From Planctomycetes bacterium UBA1662 (GTDB lineage Bacteria; Planctomycetota; UBA8108), in contig DCKY01000283.1 in assembly GCA_002320775.1 (NCBI GenBank), positions 1 to 58,840 of the forward strand: a stretch of 58,840 bases of DNA, written 5' to 3'. The translations under genes were made by a program, and so were the position numbers. Shown here piece after piece: positions 1-6,763 of this stretch. Positions within the stretch are counted from its first letter, which is position 1. The number at the start of each line of letters is the position of its first letter. The notes under the pieces were generated by a model. The model saw nothing but the letters and a program-made list of their open reading frames with translations, was not told where the DNA came from and searched no databases.

Positions 1-502
1 CGGGAGCAGGCTCGGCCACCTCGGGCTCGGCAGCCTCTTCAGGAGCAGGCTCGGCCGCCTCAGGCTCGGCAGGCTCTTCAGGAGCAGGCTCGGCCACCTC
101 GGGCTTTTCCTGGGGATCTTCCAGATCCTCAAGGTCCAGCTCGTCTTCTTCCTGGGGAGCGGCATCCTCAGAAGCGACTTCGGCCTTCTCGGCCGACTCC
201 GCAGCCGCCTCGTCGATATCTTCGAGGGACTCAAGCTCACTGAGATCAAGCTCATCTTTTTCCTGGCCGGCCTCTTCGACACCTCCTCCACTTACAGCGG
301 CATCTGTAGAACCGGCAACAGCGAGTTCTCCAGCCGTACCATCAACGGAATCTTCTTCGGTTACATCCAGCCATGAGACTGTTCGGCGCCAACCCTCCTC
401 AATTCCTCCGGTCCCCCCACAGGCCGGAAGCAGGAGGACGCTAAAGCAGGCCAAGGCGCTCAAGAGAGCTAACCGGCTCATTCGCTTTCGCATTAGATTC
501 AT
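1..502 (-). CDS. Acidic Glu/Pro/Ala-rich tandem-repeat lipoprotein, 3' end beyond the window; function unknown, possibly a TonB/TolA-like spacer protein
   Basis: Not in the ORF track because it runs off the left edge. Reverse-strand ATG at 502..500 is preceded by AAGGAG (rc of 505-510). My translation is MNLMRKRMSRLALLSALACFSVLLLPACGGTGGIEEGW..., a signal peptide with a lipobox-like LPAC. An uninterrupted acidic frame (...EDELDLEDLEDPQEKPEVAEPAPEEPAEPEAAEPAPEEAAEPEVAEPAP) then continues to position 1. It lies 82 nt downstream of the second exbD on the same strand. Confidence 0.6.
   Translation of the reverse strand, partial: MNLMRKRMSRLALLSALACFSVLLLPACGGTGGIEEGWRRTVSWLDVTEEDSVDGTAGELAVAGSTDAAVSGGGVEEAGQEKDELDLSELESLEDIDEAAAESAEKAEVASEDAAPQEEDELDLEDLEDPQEKPEVAEPAPEEPAEPEAAEPAPEEAAEPEVAEPAP
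3..110. repeat. 39-bp in-frame tandem repeat (about 2.7 copies visible, probably continuing past the window edge)
   Basis: Units 3-41 and 42-80 and partial unit 81-110 share the period ggagcaggctcggcc(a/g)cctc(g/a)ggctcggcag(c/g)ctcttca. On the minus strand this encodes a 13-aa Glu/Pro/Ala repeat. Confidence 0.8.
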
Positions 503-584
503 TCTCCTTGTTTTCATTCCTCATTTACCTCGTTTAAAAGCCTGTTCCTGGACTTAATAGACCCGCCAGTTACAGGATGCAGTT

Positions 585-1196
585 CTAATCGATCGGGATC
601 TCCTTAGCGGCGATCGTTACATTCGTAATACCTATCCGTGTACAGATATCGACAATATTCGCAACCATCTGCATCGGAACATTGTCCGAAACGTTGATGG
701 TTACCGGAATCGACTTGCCGCTACCCTTTGTTTCGTACAATCCATGACGGAAGTTCAGATAATCTTCGATATTCGTAAAATTCGGGATGTGATAACCGGG
801 CATATCCACTCCCTCGCCATATTGGACAAGCCGGCGGTCCGGGCCATACTCAATCTGGCCGACCGTGGCGTCCTGCGACTCAAATTCATGGTCCTGGCCG
901 CTGGCCGCGCCTGGGCTGGGCTTGTAATTAATCGTCTGGCAACGAACGCGGCCAGTCTTGTCATTGACCGGATCAGCAACCCATTCGAGGAAGAAGATCA
1001 CCTCATCAGGCTCGATCTTAGAGAACGAGGCCTGCAGCCCCCTGTCCTTGGGAAGGTACGAAGAGAGCTGTCCCTCAAGGGCGATAAACTTGGCCGAGAG
1101 GAGAAAAAAGATAAGCAGCTGGAACACGATGTCGATCATCGGCGTCATGTCCAGTTCGGATTCTTCGATGACTCTCTTGTTCTGCTTAATACGCAT
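585..1196 (-). CDS. exbD: ExbD/TolR-family biopolymer transport protein (long paralog, 203 aa)
   Basis: N-terminal ELDMTPMIDIVFQLLIFFLL is the ExbD/TolR signature TM segment. The C-terminal IPVTINVSDNVPMQMVANIVDICTRIGITNVTIAAKE is the typical periplasmic domain end. A central insertion of about 60 aa is present relative to the usual 130-150 aa size. Confidence 0.8.
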   Translation of the reverse strand: MRIKQNKRVIEESELDMTPMIDIVFQLLIFFLLSAKFIALEGQLSSYLPKDRGLQASFSKIEPDEVIFFLEWVADPVNDKTGRVRCQTINYKPSPGAASGQDHEFESQDATVGQIEYGPDRRLVQYGEGVDMPGYHIPNFTNIEDYLNFRHGLYETKGSGKSIPVTINVSDNVPMQMVANIVDICTRIGITNVTIAAKEIPID

Positions 1197-1214
1197 ATAT
1201 AGGTCTCTTTCCCC

Positions 1215-1745
1215 CTAAGGCTGGGTTGTCGCCAATTTCAATTTGTAGACACCAGCCTTCTGGCACTGCTCAAAAATGGTTCGCAGATACTCCGATTTCA
1301 CATGCTTGTCGTAACGAATCAGGATCTCCAATTGGGAAAGCTGCACATTGTTCGGACCGACCTCCTTGGCTCGGCCTCGACCCCGCGGCGGAGGAGCCGC
1401 GTCATAAGCAACCTCATCATCGAGCATCGCCCTCAACGTTTTGGTGTTGAGAACTTTCCCCTGGTAGACAATCTCTCCCGCACGAGATGCAGCATCATCC
1501 GCCTGGCTCTTCCTGACATTCATGATCAGCATCACAGCGTCAGTGTTATCCCGTTTCTCGGGTTTACCCTCGAGAGCGAATGGAAGCGTAACCTCCTCGA
1601 TGTTCACCGTAATCTGAGTCGTCAGAATAAAGAACATGATGAGCAGGAAGACGCAGTCGATCATCGGCGTCAATTCCATCTTCGTTTCGAAATTATTGTC
1701 TGAGCTTCTTCTTTTTTTCATGGCCGACTTTCTCGGACAGTCCAA
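1215..1745 (-). CDS. exbD: ExbD/TolR-family biopolymer transport protein
   Basis: MELTPMIDCVFLLIMFFILTT signature TM segment. The alternative start MKKRRSS at 1721 is plausible. It sits directly downstream of exbB. Confidence 0.85.
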   Translation of the reverse strand: MDCPRKSAMKKRRSSDNNFETKMELTPMIDCVFLLIMFFILTTQITVNIEEVTLPFALEGKPEKRDNTDAVMLIMNVRKSQADDAASRAGEIVYQGKVLNTKTLRAMLDDEVAYDAAPPPRGRGRAKEVGPNNVQLSQLEILIRYDKHVKSEYLRTIFEQCQKAGVYKLKLATTQP

Positions 1746-1780
1746 AACCTCTTAAAAATCTAAACTGAACTCAACCAGGC

Positions 1781-2599
1781 TCAATCAGCCTTGAAGCGGC
1801 CCATGAGCTCTTCGGAAACTCCACCGACTTCGGCAGAAACAGTGATGACCTTGTTACGGAAGTAGACGTAGACAGCGGTCATTGGAATCGCGACACAGAG
1901 CCCAAGGAAGGTCGTTCCGAGAGCGATGGAGATATCTCCACCAAGTTGCTTCGGACTCGGCTGAACCGGGGAGTTGGCAATCGTGTTGAACGCACCGATC
2001 ATACCGAGAACCGTTCCAAGCAGTCCCATCATCGGCGAGAGGTTCGCTATGAGCGACAGGTAGCCGACCTTCTGATGAAGCTTGGTGGACTCCATCTCGA
2101 GCACTTCACTCATGGTGGATTCCATCTGGCCGTATCCATCGTCCATCTTCTCAAGGCCGGCGGCTACCACCGCTGAGAGAATACTGGGGCTCGCTTCACA
2201 AAGGTGATAGGCCTCCTCCCATTCTTCATCCTCGAACAGGGACTCGACGTGCCCTAACACCTCCGGAGGAACCAGGACATCGCGGCGCAGCTGAAAAGCG
2301 AAGGTGATGGCAAGAGCGCCTCCGACGATCGACATCAGGATGATCAAGAGACCGACGAACCCGGCTTCCATCAGCGCATCGAGAACAGTCTTCTCCGACA
2401 CCGCTCCTTCAGCCTGGGCAAAAGCCAGGTTGCCTGTCAGCGCAAAGGCGCTAAAGGCCAACAGTACAAATGCCCCGAAAAGCATCATCGTACTAGTCCA
2501 GATGTTCTTGTTTGAGTGGGAATTGAAAATCCCCGAAAGACGATCAGAGCCCTTAAGGGCTGATTTACTAACCATGGCGGTCTCTACTCCTATTGCCAT
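1781..2599 (-). CDS. exbB: MotA/TolQ/ExbB-family proton channel
   Basis: C-terminal core LSLIANLSPMMGLLGTVLGMIGAF...LGTTFLGLCVAIP matches the MotA/TolQ/ExbB channel motif. An N-terminal signal-like extension is present. An alternative ATG at 2575 has AGGAG upstream. Confidence 0.85.
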   Translation of the reverse strand: MAIGVETAMVSKSALKGSDRLSGIFNSHSNKNIWTSTMMLFGAFVLLAFSAFALTGNLAFAQAEGAVSEKTVLDALMEAGFVGLLIILMSIVGGALAITFAFQLRRDVLVPPEVLGHVESLFEDEEWEEAYHLCEASPSILSAVVAAGLEKMDDGYGQMESTMSEVLEMESTKLHQKVGYLSLIANLSPMMGLLGTVLGMIGAFNTIANSPVQPSPKQLGGDISIALGTTFLGLCVAIPMTAVYVYFRNKVITVSAEVGGVSEELMGRFKAD

Positions 2600-2677
2600 T
2601 CACGTTTATTGACTTTAGTTATGAGGTTTCCCTCGTTTCATTAGCGATGATCTGCCCTGCGGTGACCCGCCGGGCGC

Positions 2678-3736
2678 TTAACTTTTTCCTCCCGCACGTC
2701 GTCCCCACTCAGTGGCCCTCTCCGTCCGGCCTAATTGCTTGTAAACATCGACGAGTCCATTACAGGACTTCACGTAGATATCCTTATGATGACGGTAAAG
2801 AACCGCCGCCTTGAGAAGCCAGATCTCTGCCTTCTCAAGATTACCCTTACCTGTCAGCCCCTTGTAACAAACGCCCATCAGGTAGGTCGCCTTCGCCCTC
2901 GATTCCCCATAATCGAGCCCCCGGGTCGTCGAGCCCGTGAAGAAGGTCTTCTCAAGATCACTGATGGCCTTGTCATACTGTTTCTGGGAGACGATAACGT
3001 CGATTCTTCCGACCACGGCAGCCACCTTCAAAGAATCAGGCGCCTTGCGGCTATTCGCTACCTCGTTGAACTTGCCCCTCGACTCAACATACTTCTTGGC
3101 AAGGAAGAGTCCCTGGGCTTCTCCAAGCTTGGCTCTCAAAACCCACGTCGGACCATAGGGAGCAAGCCCCTGGAAGTGTGTCTGGGCGGAGTTGCCCCGA
3201 CCAAGATCAAGGCTGGCCTGCCCACGGCCGTAGATGGCATGCGGAAGCCAGTAGTCTTTGGTCTCCTTGTTGGCAGCAACAAATTCTTTGAACACTCCAT
3301 CGGCCTTGCCCGCCTCGCCCGCGGCAAGATGGGCCTTGCCCTTGAGATACTGAAGCTCCGCAGCCTGCCAGCCCTTCAGCCCCCTGCCATCGAGCTTGGA
3401 AATACTCGAAAGAGCCTTGGCGTAATCGCCGCTGGAGATGGCACTGCGTACCGGCTGGAGATAGGCCGATTCACGCTGAATGCTGACAACCTTGTCGCCG
3501 AGCAACTTGACCGTATTGCCGCCCTGCTTGAAAAGCACCTGGTCCCACTTGGCTGAAAGAACGGTAACTCCGTCAATCCGCTTACCATTGGACTGAACAA
3601 CCACATCCGCCTTCAAGGAGGACAGAAAGAAGCAGCTCAAAACCACCACCAGAGACGCTACCAACGCCCTGGAACCCGAATTCTGTGTCTTGCTGTAGAA
3701 ATAACTCATTAGTGCTCTTGTCCTTGACTCACGCAT
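2678..3736 (-). CDS. Secreted/membrane-anchored TPR-like repeat protein (352 aa)
   Basis: Has an N-terminal hydrophobic segment (LVASLVVVLSCFFLSSLKA) followed by Ala/Leu/Tyr/Lys-rich helical repeats (YAKALSSISKL..., AELQYLKGKAHLAAGEAGKA..., YDKAISDLEK...). Its start overlaps the upstream stop as TGATG at 3736. Confidence 0.6.
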   Translation of the reverse strand: MRESRTRALMSYFYSKTQNSGSRALVASLVVVLSCFFLSSLKADVVVQSNGKRIDGVTVLSAKWDQVLFKQGGNTVKLLGDKVVSIQRESAYLQPVRSAISSGDYAKALSSISKLDGRGLKGWQAAELQYLKGKAHLAAGEAGKADGVFKEFVAANKETKDYWLPHAIYGRGQASLDLGRGNSAQTHFQGLAPYGPTWVLRAKLGEAQGLFLAKKYVESRGKFNEVANSRKAPDSLKVAAVVGRIDVIVSQKQYDKAISDLEKTFFTGSTTRGLDYGESRAKATYLMGVCYKGLTGKGNLEKAEIWLLKAAVLYRHHKDIYVKSCNGLVDVYKQLGRTERATEWGRRAGGKS

Positions 3737-6678
3737 CAGCCAGCCTTAATAAATTCCTGGGGATCTTTCCCCATTTGCTTAAGGGCATACTTCCAGTACG
3801 TCAGGAATTTCGCCCAGAGGTCACTCTGCTTCCTGATCCGTCCCTGGTACTCGTTCACGAACTTATGAATATCGTTATAGGCTTCCTTATTGCCTGCGCG
3901 TCCGGCGCTGATCCGCACCTGCTGCAGACGTAAGGCGATCGCCCAGTAGTCCTTGACCAGGGCGGCATCAGGCTCCTTGCCCGGAGCCCTGGTATTGGTG
4001 AGAAAATTGTTCAGCAGGTAGAAAGAATGCCCGTAGTATTTTTCTGCCTCCAGGAGCATATCCAGGGGCAGCGCGGCCGGCTTCGGATGGGCCTGCCGGG
4101 CAAGCTTGATCGTCGCCCAGCCGAGATCCCTGCAGACAAACGGATCCTCGTAATTGGCTCCCTTGACCTCAAATTCATCCACGTAGCGAGTGAAGATTTC
4201 ATAGGCGCCCTTCCAGTCCTCTCCACTCATGGCAATCTGTCCTTCCATCAGCAGAAGCTCACGACCGAGCTTGTTGGCCCCACCACCGATCTTCTTGGCC
4301 TTTTCAACGAAACGCTTAGCATCGGAAACAAGCCCGCCATCGCTCAGCACCTTGACGACCTTCATCACCATATTGAGATCACCCATCTCGGCACTGGCGC
4401 TGGAATGTTCAGCGTACTGAAGCAGGTAAAGAGCGGCCTTTCGATTTTCGCCAGCCGCATCGGCGGCGTCAGAGAGAACATACGCGGCCGTGGCTACAGA
4501 CGGCTCCTTGGCGCAGTCTACACTCAGAACCCTGTAGTAGGTCCCAGCCTCTTCCCACTGCCCAATACGAACCATGGATAGCACCAGATAGCCAAGCCCG
4601 GAGCATCTATAGAACTTGTCTTCGGCGAGATCGGTAGAAAAGAGCTTGAGGACCTTCACCGCCTCGGCGTAGTTTTCGAGATGGTGATACATCTGACCCA
4701 GGCCAAGCGCGGCAACTCCACAAGCCCGAAGGTCCTTCTTCTCAAGAGCCTCATCGAGAACAGCCTGGAGCTTCGCGGCATTTTCCTGGAAAGCCTTCAG
4801 AGTCGCCGCTCTCCCGGCCGCATCATTTCCGGCCATCTCGTATTCTCTTACATAGGTGGAGAGTCCCCTGGCCTGCGCTCGAAGATAATACGAGACCTCC
4901 ACTCCCTGATCGTCCTTGGGAATGGCAAGGAACGACTCACGAGCCTTGGCAAAATCGCCCTGCTCCTCGAATTGCCCCGCTTCGGACATCTTCACCTGGT
5001 ACTTGGTATCACCGAGGCTGAACTGGTCGGCCTTCGCGGTCAACTCCGCGTAGCCGGCATGAGCCGAACCGGACTCTCCCAGGTTCCGCTTGGCCTTATC
5101 GACCGAGGCCGCGAAACTCGTTGACGCCTTGGAACGGAAGATCTTGCTGGCAGCGTGATGCTCGGCCAGTTCGGAAAAAGCGACCGCCGCCTCATCGAAT
5201 CGATTCAGGATAAAGCTCAGCTCGCCGATCTCGTTGAGACAAAGCGGAGCGTACTCCTCGACCTCGGGACTGGCAAGCTTGGCCAGCGCGGTCTGAAAAG
5301 CATTCAGAGCTTCTTCAAGCTTGAGCTCACTCTTCAGGCCGATCGCAGCCTGGTAGTAGTCACGTCCGGAGAGCGCAGCGCTGCCGGATGAAGACACCCT
5401 TCCGAGAGCCTTTCTCGCATCGATGACAAACGCACGGTACTTATCTACCTTGGACTCCTTGAAGAGCTTGTCATATTTCGAAATAACAGCGTGTATAGCG
5501 GCCATCCCTTTGGGCGCATCCCCTGCGTCTGCAAGCGCGATTCCGTATTCCAGACGCGCGAGAACCGCAAACTGCTGCAGGTCGGCATCTTTTTCAACAA
5601 CTCCTATAGCCGGAGCGAACGGGTCACCCGGAACGGGAGTGGATCGCATGATCGTCTTGAGAATACTCACCGCAATCTCGGGCTTCTTGGCGCCATTATA
5701 GGCCTTCGCTGAAAAGAGGTAGGCCTTGAGACGAATCGTATGGAAAGCCTTGAGAAGCTGAGGCGAATAAGGAGGACGGGCAAACGGCTCGATATCGAAG
5801 ATCAACTCAAGCTCTTCGGCTGAGTCCAGGAAGCGCTCCATTTCGAGCAGATAGAGTCCCTTCTGGATCTGGGCCTCGTAACGCATGATGTAGAAATCAG
5901 CTCTCTCGTTGACGAAAAAATCAGCGAGCTTCAGACCCTTTTCGAGATAGCTGTTGCGGACATCTCCTGCTTCAAGGCTCCTGGCATAGACGAGGAAGAT
6001 ATTAATCCTCGCCAGCTCAGTCTGGTAAGAGAGCCTTTTCTTGGTCAATTTCTCGTTACCCTTGGCCGCCTTGGCCTGCTTGATCAGGTCGGCAATCAGG
6101 CCATTGAGCGGCTTCTCAACCTTGGCCTGGAAGTCAGCTATCGCCTTTGATTTCAGCGCGTCTGATTTGGCCTTGTCAGACTCGGTGCCTGCTTTTTCAA
6201 AACCAGAGAGGACTGCCGCGAAATCAGAACCGATCGTCTCAAGGGAGCCAAGCGAGGCCCGCGGATGGGAAGGCCAGTTCTTCTTGAACTCAGCCAGCGC
6301 CTTCAGCGCTTCCTCTCCCTTACCCTCGGCCTGGAGGATATCAATCAACCGGGAATCGATATCGGCCATCATCTCGGGCTTCGCGCCGCGTGATTGACGT
6401 TTCTCCGAAAGCCATCGGCGAGCGGTATCGAAATACCGAAGCTCCCGGACCAACGCATCGGCAAACGCGCGATCATCAGCACCGAGGCCCTGTGCCCGCA
6501 GATCAGAATTTGAAAGAACCGATAACATCATGGGGATAACGACTATGAACCAGGCTCGGCCGATGCCGGGCGTGGACACTGTCGGCGATAGACGCCGGCA
6601 GCCTGGAGAGCCTTGCTTCTCTCTTAGTGAATAATCAAATGCTGAACTCGCAGTCATTGCCTTACATCCACCTTTCAC
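3736..6678 (-). CDS. Large TPR/helical-repeat protein (980 aa) with N-terminal signal/anchor
   Basis: Has a hydrophobic N-terminal segment (AWFIVVIPMMLSVLSN). The sequence is all-helical repeat throughout (e.g. YYQAAIGLKSELKLEEALNAFQTALA, GLGQMYHHLENYAEAVKVLK). No catalytic motif was recognised. Confidence 0.6.
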   Translation of the reverse strand: MKGGCKAMTASSAFDYSLREKQGSPGCRRLSPTVSTPGIGRAWFIVVIPMMLSVLSNSDLRAQGLGADDRAFADALVRELRYFDTARRWLSEKRQSRGAKPEMMADIDSRLIDILQAEGKGEEALKALAEFKKNWPSHPRASLGSLETIGSDFAAVLSGFEKAGTESDKAKSDALKSKAIADFQAKVEKPLNGLIADLIKQAKAAKGNEKLTKKRLSYQTELARINIFLVYARSLEAGDVRNSYLEKGLKLADFFVNERADFYIMRYEAQIQKGLYLLEMERFLDSAEELELIFDIEPFARPPYSPQLLKAFHTIRLKAYLFSAKAYNGAKKPEIAVSILKTIMRSTPVPGDPFAPAIGVVEKDADLQQFAVLARLEYGIALADAGDAPKGMAAIHAVISKYDKLFKESKVDKYRAFVIDARKALGRVSSSGSAALSGRDYYQAAIGLKSELKLEEALNAFQTALAKLASPEVEEYAPLCLNEIGELSFILNRFDEAAVAFSELAEHHAASKIFRSKASTSFAASVDKAKRNLGESGSAHAGYAELTAKADQFSLGDTKYQVKMSEAGQFEEQGDFAKARESFLAIPKDDQGVEVSYYLRAQARGLSTYVREYEMAGNDAAGRAATLKAFQENAAKLQAVLDEALEKKDLRACGVAALGLGQMYHHLENYAEAVKVLKLFSTDLAEDKFYRCSGLGYLVLSMVRIGQWEEAGTYYRVLSVDCAKEPSVATAAYVLSDAADAAGENRKAALYLLQYAEHSSASAEMGDLNMVMKVVKVLSDGGLVSDAKRFVEKAKKIGGGANKLGRELLLMEGQIAMSGEDWKGAYEIFTRYVDEFEVKGANYEDPFVCRDLGWATIKLARQAHPKPAALPLDMLLEAEKYYGHSFYLLNNFLTNTRAPGKEPDAALVKDYWAIALRLQQVRISAGRAGNKEAYNDIHKFVNEYQGRIRKQSDLWAKFLTYWKYALKQMGKDPQEFIKAG

Positions 6679-6763
6679 CTTTCCACCAACTTTCCGATTC
6701 AGTTACTCCAGTACTCCAGATTTCCCAGATTCCCTTGATCTGTCATCAGAAAGACCCGGCTTT

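Noticed and set aside
1-502. Calling the partial acidic repeat protein TonB
   Set aside because: Only its position and the Glu/Pro richness support this. The N-terminus looks like a lipoprotein signal without the SxxxH anchor motif, and the diagnostic C-terminal domain is outside the window.
2735-3556. 273-aa plus-strand ORF
   Set aside because: It is antisense to the 352-aa TPR gene. The minus-strand frame has a signal peptide, TPR-like repeats and translational coupling to its neighbour.
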